Shown here one piece after another: positions 13,501-28,100 of a DNA stretch of 64,000 bases. Position numbers and translations under genes: made by a program. The stretch spans positions 3,362,524 through 3,426,523 of the forward strand of contig MU053873.1 of assembly GCA_013239625.1 (NCBI GenBank), written 5' to 3'. The stretch's first letter is position 1. Every line of letters starts with the position of its first letter. The notes beneath the pieces were generated by a model, which saw nothing but the letters and a program-made list of their open reading frames with translations, did no database searches and was not told where the DNA came from. The stretch comes from Lama guanicoe (taxonomy: Eukaryota).

Positions 13501-15248
13501 CACGATACCAAACTTTCCTGAGTCCAAAAAAACAAAAACAATTTATGGCATCTCCCCCACTTCTACTGGAAAGTACTTGATGACCCAGATGCTCTTTCAG
13601 CTTTACAAGAAATGTTGAAAATTCATTGCATTAGAAGCACCTTGAGATGCACTAGCTATTTTACCTTCTTTGTGGCCAAGTTGCTTATTTTTAGCTCTCT
13701 TCCTGGCCTCGATTTTATCTGTGTCTGCATTTACTGCTTCGTAAACTGTTTCCGCCACTTCCTGCTGCCAGCGTTCAGAGATCACCAGGGGGAAGTTCTT
13801 GTACAGTTCTTGGTCGCAGTCGAGAAGCTGATCATTTCAAGAGATCAAGATATTTACGGTTTAACATGCTTACAAAGGCAACAGATTCAAAAGTGCCCTC
13901 ACCGTAGGGAGGATGGTAACTAGATGACAGCCTGTAACCATAAAGAGATGATTCGTTAAGCTGTCGGAAACCCCCACCGATGACAGTCAAGTGACCAGGA
14001 CCCACACAGGGTGGTGACTGACAAGTGCTTCCCCTGCAGCCCCGGATCGGTGGGATTCAGCCCAGTCTTCTCCAGCATCTTCTTGACATTTTTGTTTATT
14101 TGTTTGTTTTGGGAGGGGAGGTAATTAGGTTTACTTATTTATCTTTAGAGGAGGTACTGGGGATTGAACCCAGGACCCTGTGCACACTAAGCATGTGCTT
14201 TACCACTGAGCTATAGGCCTCCCTCTTCGTGACATTTTCCCAATGAAAACGTAACATACATAGGGATTTGCTTAAAGTACTACAAGATTCCGACAACACA
14301 ATAAAATTTCCACGATGATGAAGATATCATATTTATAAAAACAGGAAAACAGATTCCTGTGGTTTTCAATTCAAGGACAAGGGAGAACCCAGGAGGGCTT
14401 TCTGACCACCCTCTACTCATCTGGAAAGTGAGAAAAGAAAGGCAACTTGGCTGGGTTTACCATCCATCCCGGGAACCTCCCAGCTAATCCAAGTTGAACA
14501 GTATGTTCATACAGCTAAAGATGCACAGAGAGTTAAGCAACTTGGCCTTTCTGAGGTGCATAGACTGATGACTGCGTTTCTCTTCTCAATTATGTCTCAA
14601 AATCCTTTTTAGAATAACTTATTTTTATTAAAAAAATCTTTTTTGGAGGGAGGTAATTCGGTTTTTATTTATGTATTTATTTTTTAATGGAGGTACTGGG
14701 GACTGAACCCAGGACCTTGTGCCTGCTAGGCACGCGCTCTACCACTCAGCTACACCCTCCTCCACTGACCCAAAATTCTTCATTCTTCTGCTAAGCGAGG
14801 CTGCACTCTGGAGTGAGCTAGGCAAGTGGTTTTCTGCATCTGAGCTACAGTTCTGTGGCAGAAAGACCCGCGATCCTACTGATGGAAAGGAATAGGCTTG
14901 TCTCTAGAAAGTGCGGCTCTCTTTGGAAGCTTGACTTGCTCACTCCCTTCCCTGAGAGGTAAGTACAGGAGAGAGATTATTACAGGCAAGTTATTTAGAA
15001 GGAGAAGGGAGAAAGGGCTTGGGTGGGGCGCTGGCCCCCAGGCCCTGAGGGTATCAATCAAACGACGGAGGGACCCACAGTTGGGGCGCCCTGCATCCAC
15101 TCTTCCCGACCTATTGTCCTAACGTGTTGATTCTGAGATCAAAATTTGTACAGCTTTTGCCTTTCTTTTCTTTTTTTTTTTTTCAGAAACCCAAACCAAA
15201 CCCAGTGCTGAAACCTTTGGTTGTTCTGAGTGTGAACACCCGTGTGTT

Positions 15249-15290
<42 letters not shown>

Positions 15291-18200
15291 AGGGGTGGGG
15301 AGGGGTAGAGCACTGATGCTGGAAGAGCGCCCTGTGGTAGGGGGCACTGGGACAGAGTCTAGACAGTTCGGCAAAAGTAAAACCACCCTCCTTTCCTAAG
15401 CAGCTGCTCTGAAACGGCCAACTCTGCTTTACAAGCAAACTGTTCCACCTCCTGTCAGGTCAGAAAACCTTGGTCTTTATGACTCAGCTTATGTGAAAAA
15501 TGAATGAAACAGAGCTCTACATGAAGTGAGACTTTTTTTCTTTTTAAAGAACAATGAATTCTTTGGGCGGCTTTTTTAGACACAAAGCCTGCTCCTTCTC
15601 ACCTCTTGCTCAGGAGGAACCAGACCCACCATGACAGAAGCTCGGAGCGGATACGGGGGGTCCACCCTCAGAGAAGCCCGGCATGAACCCGCTCCCTTTG
15701 CAGGTGAGAAACCAGAGCTCACAAGGTTCCCGAAACGGCCCCAATTCAATCAGCTGATAGATGCCAATCCGAGCCCCATCTGTCTGACACCAAAGCCCAG
15801 ATTACAGCTGACAAAATTTAAACTCCGAGAATTGTTTCTGACCACCAAACATTTCATGGGCTCCACATGGCACTCATTTTATTTGTAGTGCCCTTTGATG
15901 GAGAGAAGTTTGTTGGATGACAAAATTCTATGGGGACCACAGTGACCCTTTATGTTAACTGTAAAGGGGCGATTCCCAGAGCACTGCTGTCAGGTGGTAC
16001 ACCCCAACAAGGGACAAGGGACTTGTCTGTCCAGGCCACAGAAGATGCCCGGCGGTGGTCACACTGCGGTCCCTAGGGGATCCATGGCTGAAATCATGGA
16101 AGCAGCCTGGGTCCTATCCACCGGGCGTGACCTAACATCCTTGCTGTCCCAAGAAGCTGGTCCTGCAAGCATCCTGGTCACCTTGACAGCTGAGACCCTC
16201 CTTCCCTGACACCTTGGTTGTAACCCACGGCCACTCCCTCCCCGGTTCCTGGTGGTACCTGGCCTTCCCAGGCGGCTCTCAGCAGCTGCTCCCTTCCCGA
16301 CAATCCTCACAGCCTCCTCCAGTCCTGCACCCATCATTTCTGCCCCCTCATCCCATGTGCTCCCAGCCTGTGGGTCTCCAGATACAGCTGAGAAGACACT
16401 GGGAGCCTCTCAGAGGGAGTGGGGAGACCCTGGGGGAAACTGGGAAAGTGGGGGCAGCAGAACTTGACATGTAGTGACAGATTTTGACTTAACATCCACA
16501 AGAGGATGACTTTCTGCCGTGACTCACCCTCTCTAATTACGCCCTGTCTCCTTGGAAAATAATGGTAGGAACAAACGTTTGAGAAATGCAGAGCATTCGA
16601 TGCATTAAAAAAACAGTGATTATTTTACTTTTGATTGACAGAGGCACAATGATTCACACCGTTTGCTCTTTTCATCCTAACACTGAGAGATCAGGATGTT
16701 TGGGAGAATTTAGGCTGGCTCTTTGGGCCCGAGGCAAAGTCCATGTGCCATCACACGGGTGTTTTCCCTGTTTCATAAGTTTTATATCACCGGTCTATCC
16801 CAACCAAAACAACAAGGCCCTACTGCACAGCACAGGGAGCTATATTCAGTATCGTGTAACAGCCTATGGTGAAAAAGAATATGAAAAAGAATATATACAT
16901 GTGTAACTGAATCACTATGCTGTACACCAGAAACTAACACAACATCGTAAATCAACTATACTCCAATTAAAAAATTTTTTTCCCCAAATCAATAAAAATG
17001 TGACCGTTCTGCAGTTTATCAAACACAAAGTGATTAGTCCAAAGAAAGCTTTCGCAGTTTCTAGTTCAGGTCCTTGATCGCTTCTACTTTCTTCAAGTGT
17101 GTGGATGTGCATTTGTAAGTTACAGTCCACAAACAGGCCAGTACTAATCAGAGAGTCTGATTTCCAATAAAATAACCTCTGAAGTAAGAACCTGAAAGCA
17201 AGCGTGGCAGGTGTACCTTGATGCCTTTGGTATCCTCTTCATCAAACGAGCCGATGTCAAAGGCGTCGGCTGCATTGACCTCCCCCCGGGGAGGAATCAA
17301 GGGTGGAGGGTACTGGAAGAGCAATGGAAATAGGGTTCAGTTACCAGATGACTTACGGCCTTGCCCCCACCTACTACACTATACAGAGACCACAGTGCGA
17401 GACACCAAAGTGCCAGGGTCCAGGCAGCGCTCACACAAGCGCATATAAATCACAGGACATAGTTCACAATGCCCTCGAGGGAGATGCAGCCCTCTGTTTC
17501 AGCGGCTACAGCATGAGCCTGCAGTGGGGCCTAAACCCACAAATGCCCCAAGGCTGATGCTGGCTGAACCAGAGCCCAAACTCCAGTTCTCACTGGGCAG
17601 GACCAGTAGAGCATCATTCCTCGACAGTGGGAGTTCATGCAAAGACGAGTCCAAAGCTGATCATCAACATTGAGAAAAAAAACCCAAAAACTTGAATTTG
17701 GGGTGTCTTACTGTATCAACAAGAATACTTAAGAAAGTAGCTCAAAATAAGCAAAAGTAATTGTGCTGCTCTCTGATCATGCTGATTCTTAAAGTAGGGG
17801 GTGCTGGGCTAGAGAGTGTCTGTAAGTGTATGACAAATCTTTCTTGCACATTTTTACATATAAATGAAGAGGGGGAAGCTGCCCCAAAGGGAATGAGCCA
17901 CCAGGACAGAAGGGGAGTAAGTGCTGTGGAGGGAGCGCTGGGGCGGGACCCTGGGGACAGAGCCAGGCAGCAGGGAGGCAGACTGAGAGCACAGCGGGGG
18001 TGGCGCCAGCGGAGGGGGTCCCCCCCACCCCCTGAGTACCTTCTGCAGGTATACGTGCTGCCAGTCGACGCCCCTGAAGAAGTCGTGCTCTTTCAGCTCC
18101 TGTGCGCTGCGGGAGAGAGGGAGTCACAACAGCAGAAAGCACGCATTTGGAAATCTAAGAATGTTTTTTGCAAGAACTATCTCCGATTAAAGGACACACA

Positions 18201-19129
18201 GGAACGATTATTTCCAGCTCGTTAAGAAAGCAAGTAAAAGATGCCCCTTTCGAAGCAACCCAGAAAACACTGTGATGTTTGGAAATACTGCACATGGAGC
18301 CTAGGAATCTTATCCCCTATGGCAATTTACTGGGGAGGTTTATCCCGGTCTAAGATAACCTAGGAGCTTTCACAGTTCTGTCTACATCTGATCTGTAACT
18401 GTGGGCACAAATTTGACTGAGTTAACTTCGAGATCTACACGTCAAAGAGGTTTACAGCAAATGTCTACAAGTCATGACAGGTAAGATGACAGGAACACAA
18501 AGCATCAAGCATTTATTTTGAAGCAAAACTAGAAATCTCATAGAACAGTGCATGGCAAACCCCTTCATTAATTGAGAAACAGTTTTTCCCAAAGATCACT
18601 GTGAAAGTTCAGTGCGTGCGGAGCAGAAGTTGTATACTCCGAGGAAAGCCTGCGTCAGGGACAAGTAAGTTCCCAGTGCCCATCACCAGTGCTTCCCTCC
18701 TGCCCTGGCCCGGGTCCTCCTCCTGTCCACGGTCGACGTCTCACAGTCCCCGGGTTGGTTCTCAGTGCCTTTCCTCTACAGTCGCTCCTGGGTGATCCCA
18801 TTCTGCCGGGCTTTTAAGCACCCAGTGCTGGCAGACGACTCCCAAATCTGTCTCGCAATCACTGACCCTCATCCTACACGCCAGAAGGCCCTTAGATGAG
18901 GTCAAAAGGTCTAAAGCAGAACTCTGGACTGTCTCTCCCACACTTTGCTGTCACAGGCCAACAGCCAGTCATCCCCAATTCCTCACTTCCCCAAAATCAC
19001 TAAAATTACTGTAAAGAGAGTGACAGGGGCCCATCAGCAAAAAAGATGGGAGCGGATGGAGGAGCAGTCACTGAAGCAGTGGGAGAACTATGGCCCTGGG
19101 GCCTGAGATGCTAAGCTCCAGGCTCATCA

Positions 19130-19164
<35 letters not shown>

Positions 19165-22100
19165 CGTGTGTGTCTGTGTGTGGCGGGGTGAGACAGGCTG
19201 AAGACAGAATGTTCACTGGAACTCCAAACAAGGAATCCTGCCCCACCACATGCCCTATATACATACAACATACGTTAAAAGTTGTATATATGCAAAGCAA
19301 GCCTGGGAACAGGGAGAAACAGGAGAAGGGTCTGTCTTAAGTCCTTCTCCATAAGCTTTCCAAGTATTGCTGTTTGGGTCCCGCCCCCCAAAGTGAGGGG
19401 TGACAGACAGAAAGCATGTTTAAGATAGCAGTCAATCAGTTACACGTGGGAGGAAATAAGTGAGCACCAGATCAGAATGTTCAACTGCCATAATCACAAA
19501 GATAATCATTACTGATATGTAACCAAACGAACTATGAAATATCAGAATTCCTCTCTATCATCTACCTGATTCGACTTTTTAAGTCCAAAAGGTAGTGACC
19601 CCTTTAGTTGTTAATTACACATGGGACAACAGACACAGTTCCCATGTGGTCCCCCTACCCCCACCTCCTCAAATTGAAACAGAAGACTCTTGCTAAGATT
19701 GAAAGTTGCTGCTCTGCTTTCTGGGCAAAGATGCTGAAAGGCAGAAGCAACGGCCTACCCGCCTCCGTGGCAGCCGAGTCGCTTAGTAACGTCTCGCTGG
19801 AGCAAGCCTTCCAGAAGGGACTTCAGTTCGGGGGAGAAGGTGTCTGGAAGTTCAACATTCTAAGGGGGGAGGGAGGCAGAGAACACAATTTCAAAAATGC
19901 ATTCATGGAAACCGTGCCCTCACATCCAACCAGAATTAAAGGCCGTTTCTTGGATAAGCAGTGTTAAAAAAAAAATAAAACAGAACAAAACTGTAGATTC
20001 AGACCAATGAACATTTATTCTAAAGAAACATGGACCTGTTACAAATCATTTTTAAGGTCAATCAACCGGCTGGGGCCAGAAGAATCAGAAGGTAGCCTCG
20101 TTCTTACGCAGCCCAGCACATTTTTCCTTTCATTTTATTTCTTTCATTTTGTTCTTGATTTTCTAAACTTTTCTCTTACCGATTGCTAGCACATCCTGGT
20201 ATCTGCCTTGGCATCAGTCTCCGTTATTTTAAGGAAGCATTTTTTTTTTTAAAAAACACTGGTGGTAATGGAATGAAACATGAAAATTATAAAGCAAATA
20301 AAAAACAGTTTTTAACCTTACCATGGTGAGTGTCATTCGGTCTATCTCATGCTTATCTTTGGTTTTATGTTGTCTGAAAGGGCTGTGACTGTAGAAATAA
20401 AGAAAATTCTATGACTGTATGGTATCAGGTAACTTCACAAATCTTGTCAACTAGTATTACAGTTCTGTCACTGCTCATTCAAAACTGTAGAAATAAAAAA
20501 GCCATAAACATGTATCATTTCCAGAGAAAAAGGCATGATCAGACTGGCGGTCAGATTTATTAGGTCCTGAAAGAGCAAGGCTTATGTTTATGTGAACTGC
20601 CTGATCCTTTGAATAAAACCACAGAACCAAAACATACTTTTGCAGATATATTTCAAGTGGTCATTTAAACTATCATTTGGGGAAAAAAAATTAGCCAACA
20701 GGTACTTATGAAAATGAAAGTCATGTATATCACATTGGTCATATTAGTGTTTGAAATAGTAGTAACTTTCGTACCTTTTTTTTTTTTTAAGAAAAATAGA
20801 TGTGAGTCCCTCAAACAACCCAAAGAACTGCAGTCAAACCAAAACATGACCAAGAAGAACACTGGGTTCCGCAGAATCCAGTAATTTTAAGCAATACATT
20901 CCTTTGAGGGTAAGAGATATAAACTAACCCTGTGCTCCCAGAGCCCCCAGAGTTCTGAGAACCGCTTACTCATGTTTTACTCACTAAGAGCCCCTGGCTT
21001 ATGAGTCAGAAACCCCGAGTTCATGTTGGGACTTGGCTGTTTGCTGACTGTGAGCCAGTCATGTAAACCTTCCGTATCAGTTTCTTCATCGGTAAGTGGC
21101 ATAACACCGCGCACGTCACCGACAGGGTGACAGCAACAACCAGAACGGCGGACATGCGAGTAGCCAGCGACAGCATACGGTGGGCGTCTGATGTAGCTTA
21201 GCGAGATTAACAAAGGCTTCTAACTCACTAAATGAATGCCTGCTTGATGAACTATGTAAAGAAATTATTCTTACACCCTTGACTATGCTTTTAAAGCTCT
21301 GAAGAAGCTGGCCTTTAAAGGAAATCTTAACATTAAAAGAGACTAGGAAACATGCAAATTAGAAAGCCATGGCCCTTATTTATTTGAAAATTAAAGAAGG
21401 GATATATATGACAGTTATCTGATAGTGAGACATGCCTGTAAAATGACTAATCCTATAGATTTATTATGTATTATGTATTACAATACATTACTAGATAATA
21501 TATTACATAATTATATAATAATCATAGTATAACATTTATAATTATAGTGTGATAAACTTATCATATATATTATTATATGTAATATATTTTATATTTGAAT
21601 ATATTATATGTCATTATATATTATATATTTAACATATATATTTATTATAAGAGATATGCAAAGTAATCTGAGGCAAGATATTATATAAAATAGTGTCCAG
21701 TTAACTGTATAAAATGGATTAGGATGCTGAACACATAAACCAGTGTGATTTAGGCGGAAAAAACCCTAAAATTGCACCTACCCTTGCAGCTGCTGCTGAA
21801 TTAGTTAAACCATGCACCGAATCACCTCTTGAAGAGATCATTCCACTTCAGAGTATTTATTATGGAAATATTTCAGTTTCCACTTTGTACAAGAGAGGGC
21901 ACTCTAGTGCTTGCTTTCTCTCTCATGTCATGAAAAACAGTCATTTCCATCTCTTGACAGCATTCACATGGAAAAATAATCTAAACCAGGTGAACTAGTA
22001 CCGAGCAAACAGACACTGATCTTTAAAAGAGATTCTGATTGGAAATATTATTTCCATCCTAATTGTTTCTTCGAAGGAAATGTAAAATGAATACATTGAA

Positions 22101-25100
22101 AAAAGCCAGTAGGATAGAACACCAAACAATACCGGTTATTTATATTATAGTTTTTAAAAACTTGACCTGTACCATTCTTTTATGCAAAATACACAGAGAT
22201 ATTAACACACTCATGGTTCATGAGAAAAGGAAAAAAGGTTTATCTTACTAGAACTTCAGGCTCTCCGCATGACATAGCTGTTTCAGCCCGACAGGGCTCC
22301 CTAACGTCTAAAAGGGGATTGTGTGAAGGTCTCCTGTGTTTCGGCAGATCCATCCGATCTGGCTCCTGTGTGCAAAGCCGGAGGACCGGTTCCTGTCCTG
22401 AACCCCGTGTGCCTGCCTGCGTCTGATGCCGGAAGCCAAGCCCTGTCGCCCTGACACTCGGAGAGAAGGACTCCTGTGTTCTGACAGAAATGCTCTGTGC
22501 TAAATTTAAAAACTCTTTCATGAGACCAGAGGGAGGGCTTCTGCAAGGGGACTGGAGTTAAAGTTAGTGGTGCCAAAAACATTCCCAGCACATGGGCCCT
22601 ATCTGTCACTACAAATCCCATTTTATAAATAGAGCTCTGCCGTGTCCGACTCAGTAAGAAAACAGTCGGAAATGCTTCTCGGCTCTTCAGTTCCGTGCCG
22701 CAGTGTTTGGTCTTTCAAGTGCAAGTCCCGTTGCGCATCTGTTTCCAATGTATTCTTGATTGTTCTTTGTGAACCGAACCAAAGATTCTGTTTCTATTTT
22801 GGAAAATGTTAAAGAAAACCTCCGATAGTAATGATCTCCACTCGGAGGGAGGCACGTGGTGCTCACAGAGCTGTGTGATCACAGCTGCTCCCTGATGCAG
22901 CCGCTTTAAATAGGAGACGGTAACGGGCCTGTCAACAGCCCGCAATGCGGGCCAAGCCCTCCTCACGGCACAAGCAGCGCTCTGGCTGCGCTGGGGGACG
23001 TGTGCAGTGGTCAGATGCGGCTTCTGAATGGCAGAGGGAGTGGGAGGGCTGCAAATTCCCCCCAGACGAGTTGGGAAATCGCTCAAGACATGATAAACAC
23101 AAACATACACATACACACACATACAGGGAAACACAAACACACACATACAGAGGAGATATATTCACAGCGGAACGACTTCAAAAACAACACATTTATAAAT
23201 ACAAGTGATTCAAAACTCTTACGTCAAAAATTAATTTCAGAATACCAAAAAGATTGCATGTTACATCAAATGTGAGTTTTGAACCTAAGCAAATAGCTGC
23301 CAAGATGTTTATAAACGTTCCTTTTTTCCCCACGGGAACAAACTCAGTCACCACGGACAGAGCTCAGCTCTGCCCAGACCACCTTCCGGGTTCTCTCCCT
23401 GTGTCCAGCAATCAATGGTGACAAGTTTAAGATCAAGGCTACTGTCACACCAGTTCTTTTCTTTAAGAGATATCTGAAATCTAGACTGAGGACCGTGACA
23501 GTAATTCCATGCGCTGCAACACAGACACATCTTTGTGCAGAGGCTTTCTGGTATCCGACAGCCACGTGAAGTGGAAGCCGTGACTGGCGCCCAAACGCAT
23601 GGGCTCTGAGTGGCTCGGTCCATCACTGAGCCCAGGGATGCAAACACGTTCTCAGCCTTGACAGCTTGCTTGCATCCAGATTCCCATCCCCCACGCCCTT
23701 CGAGGGCATCGTGGCAGAACCGGGGGTGCTGCACTGTTTCAGCTGAAGCACTGGGACATATGAGTCAGTGCAAGAAGTATCTGACCTTAGAAAATAGAAG
23801 CAAAAAAACACCACTGGTGACCACTGGTCACCCTCACTGTATGGATGTGGGGAGGAGGGGGAGAGACTCACTCTGGAGCACCTTCTCATCTTCAGCTGGG
23901 GGATGCTTTGCTGGGGTGGCTGGTCTGTGACAACCAAAAATGCCCCGGGGCATTGCTCCTGGGGTGGCCTGAGGCCCAGTGCTGGGGACTGGCTGGCGCA
24001 GAGTCTGCTTTGTTCCACGGGGACTGGCATTGTGGTCGCCTGTGACAGCGCCAGGATGCCCAGGAGACAGGCTGCCCCCACAGCTGGCCCCCAGGAGGCC
24101 CCGCAGGCCATGCTCTTCCCCTCACCCCTATCACTGGTCTCAGTTTCCAGGCCCCTTGTGTCCGGGGAAAGACGGCTGCTCAGGCTCCCTTCTATACCAG
24201 TGTGTGGACATGGAACAGGAGGCTTCTGTACATGTTTTGAGCTTCCCCACACGTCACTTTCTCGTCCCCTCATTTAAGCTGAGGGGACAGAGGCTCCATC
24301 TCCTGCAGATCTCACCACGGGGCTTTGCTCCCAAAGGGCCCTCGAAAAGCATCAGCGTATCATGAACGACTGACACTTGATACTCATTGATATGGGTAAT
24401 GATATCACCCTCCTCTCAATTACCTTGAATCTAAACACCTATCCTTCAATAGCCAAGCATCCACTGGAAGAACAAAACCCAAAAAAACGCAGTGTTCCGG
24501 ACTCGAAGAACCGTATCGTTAAGTCGTCTGCCTCCAGCGCTCCCTGCCTGGGCCTGGTCCTTCCACGCACGTTCCACGCCGCTGCCAGCAGCCTCTCACT
24601 GAGGGGCCAACATTTGCTTAAAAGATTGCTTCCTTCCTCTGTCCCTCCTTTGCTTAGCAGCCTTCAGTCTCCGGGGCCTTGAGAACAAAGCCCCAGCTGC
24701 AGAGCATGGAATTCTAGTCCTCCGGGGCCCCGCCCTCATTCTTGCTACCTTGTCTCTCGCACACCCTCCCCACATGGCTGCAGCTGATGCCCCACTCACA
24801 GGTCACTGATGGGCAAAGGCCACCTGCTCTGTGCTGTCCCCTCCCTGTAGTTTGTTCCTGCTCCAGGTCTTCAGACTGCCATCCTGTCTCCAAAAGAACA
24901 CTTCACAGACTATTCCTGCTGAAGTCGGCCCTACTCTCCCAAATTAGAACTGGTCATCCCATTTCTGTGCTCCCTAGCACCCAGCCCACCCAGCCCTTGA
25001 TCCTGTGTGTGGACCTATCTACTCCCCTGCCAGCTCCTCAAGGGCTGACATGTCTCCCTCCCTCCCTTCCTCCTCATCCTGGAGCATCAAGCAGTTTCCA

Positions 25101-28100
25101 GCATATTGTAGGTACTCAATAAATGCTCACCAAATCGAATTTAAATCACTTAAGTCAAAGGATAAAGAAGATATGGTATATATACACAATGGAATACTAC
25201 TCAGCCATAAAAAAGAATAAAATAATGCCATTTGCAGCAACATGGATGGACCCAGAGATTGTAATTCTAAGTGAAGTAAGCCAGAAAGAGAAAGAAATAT
25301 ACCATATGATATCACTTATATGTGGGATTTAAAAAAAAAAACAAATGAACTTATTTACAAGACAGAAACAGACTCACAGACACAGAAAACAAACTTATGG
25401 TTATTAGGGAGGAAAGGAGATGGGAAGGGATAAATTGGGAGTTCAAGATTTGTAGATACTAACTACTATATATAAAAAAATATAAACAACAAGTGTATAC
25501 TGTATGGCACAGGGAACTATATTCACTATCTTGTAGTAACCTATAATGAAAAAGCATATGAAAACAAAAATATGTATATATATGTATGACTGAACTATTA
25601 CTGCTATACACCAGAAATTGGCACAACATTGTAAACTGACTATACTTCAACAAAAAAAACTATTTTTAAAAATCACTTATGTCAAAAAATATTCCCCTGC
25701 TCTTCGGTTTTAGTGCTATCTCCTCTCCTGTGACTGTCTTTTGAGGGAGTGTTAGAAAGAGCGGCAGAAGATCAAACATGTCAGTGGGGAAGAGTCATCT
25801 CATCTCATCTGTTTTAGGCAAGGCTGGAAGGGGTCTTTCTATTTCAGGCTCAAGAGACAGTCGCCAGGCGGTGACAGGGAGCTGGCTATCTGAGAGACAG
25901 AACACTCCTTCACAGGGTGGCTCGAACACTGCATCAGACTCAGATCTTTTCCCTCCTGAAGATGCCTACCTGTCTGGAGCTATCCCGGTGAGAACAGCCC
26001 CTTCCATGAGATGGGCCTTCCAAGAGCTGGACCCAATACCATGGCTGCTCGAAGCACGATCACCAACTCTTTCGACCTGAGCGCAAGCCATGATTTCTAG
26101 CTGTCACCAGTCTCATCTCCTCTTTTCCCTCCATCCCATCCCATTCTCATGACCATCCTCTGGATGCCTTCCTATCAGCCCAACCGGGGTCACATCACAC
26201 AAAAAGCTTTGACCAAGCCTGATCAAGGACGTCACAAAGGAATTAACTTCCGGTGCAGTACTCCCAGCTTGAGCCATGACCACGTAAGACTGACTTCGCT
26301 TTATTAGCCACACATCACACCACTGGCATAGAGTTAATAATTAAACTGATTTTCAGATCTTTTAAAAAACAGTATTATATGTCAGATCACTCCCAGGCTA
26401 TACACATGACACTGTTACAAACAGACAGAATAACTGTATTAAACAAAATCAAGAAACAAACAAAGGCCTAAGTGCAAGGCTTTGCATGTTTCCCTGCTAA
26501 TTTTCCTGACTTTTGGATATCGAGTTAATGCATTCAACAGTTTTGCTGTTACACAGAGGGGTTTTTTTCACCTTTTCTTCTCTTTTATCATCTGGGGATT
26601 CTGTAATTGTGGATTCTAACGCCCAATCCCACCTCCAGCAGAGGCCCGAACTGAGACGGCGTGTCTGGATGCACTCGCTATGCGTGCAGTGACTCCCCCG
26701 GCCAGCAGGAGAAAGGTCTCGTGTGGGAAGTGGTTTTCTCTGGTCTGCTTTGCAGAGACGTTCTAATTAGGTCAGCTAGTCTGATGACATGAATTAAAGC
26801 CATCCAGGCCCCACAAATACAATAATTCAATTAAGGACCAACAGGACCTGACTCTCTAAGCAATAATACAATTTTCGTTCCCGAGTGAATTGGTGAGCAG
26901 AGAACAACTCGATTATCTGAGTCCTGGGGAAGCAGCAAGGGTGCTTGGAACCTAGTTCAGGGGGAAGACAGGGAATACAGCCTCTTTTCAGAATGTGCTA
27001 AACATAGTAAGGTGATGCAGTGATGCTCAACCAGGCTTTCTGAGGGAAACGTGGAACATTTAGCGAAACTACCAGGCCTGTGTGATCATAGGAGAAACAT
27101 CATAAGGAGAGTCTCGACTAGGAAGCTTTAACATAAAGCAATTCTGTATCTGTGGATGGAGAATAATCAGAAACATACTTTAAACACTTAAGCTCACTAT
27201 TAAAATTGGCTAAAGACTCTGGAAATCAATGCAAGTATTAATGTAACTTTTAAATGTTCACTGTGAGAACCTATTTTGAGAGCACTTGCATTCCATCATC
27301 TTCCTGCTGTATTTCACGATCCCTGGCAGTTTGGAAATAAGGGTCAAGGAGAACACTAACTAAAAACACAGAATTTCATTTTTGTGTTTTTAAAAAACAC
27401 AAAGTGCACCATGCTTGCAAACAAACACACACATTTAACACAGGTTCACTTTGGGCCTTTATCCTTTTGTCTAAAAAAAATGTTTTAGGCTCACAAGACA
27501 ATCATGAGGAATTCATTTCCAGGGAAAAAGAATTCTCCTACCTTCTTCCATTATTCATATTCTGAAAAAACACATCCTAAAATAAGGCTTATCAATGGAA
27601 ATATTTCAACACAGTCTTAGTTTAGGTCTAAATGTGTTGGAATTTCTTCCTGGGATGGAACAAAAATAATAAAGCTTATGGGAAAGAAAATTCACTTTTA
27701 CGGGCAGAAAGAGCCAGGGGAATTGCCTGGATCATTGTGTGGTTTACAGACGGCTGTGTGATCTAAAACGGTCTTAGCGCCTAATGACATACACATGCTT
27801 TTGATCTGGATTTAAGTACGCGCCACGGTGATGCTCCTAAAAGGATGCATGTCACTCACCCTCTCAGCAGTTTGAAAAGCATACAACCCAGGGAGAACCA
27901 GTCAGCGCTGCTGTCGTAGGCAGTTCCCTTCTGCAGAACCTCAGGAGCCATGTACCCATGGGTGCCACTGGGAAGAAGAGAGAGTACATGCAGTTATCAG
28001 GGTGTGCCCACCTTGTCAAACATTCAGCTCGTGGAGAGGTCAGGGCGCCATTCATTAAATGGCAGCCACTGTAAACAAGGGCGAGGGGTCCATGGTGCTT

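Noticed and set aside
23623..24273. 216-aa minus-strand ORF and overlapping ORFs in intron 13
   Set aside because: GC-rich, stop-poor sequence open in several frames on both strands; no protein motif, and the GRK3 frame is complete without it.
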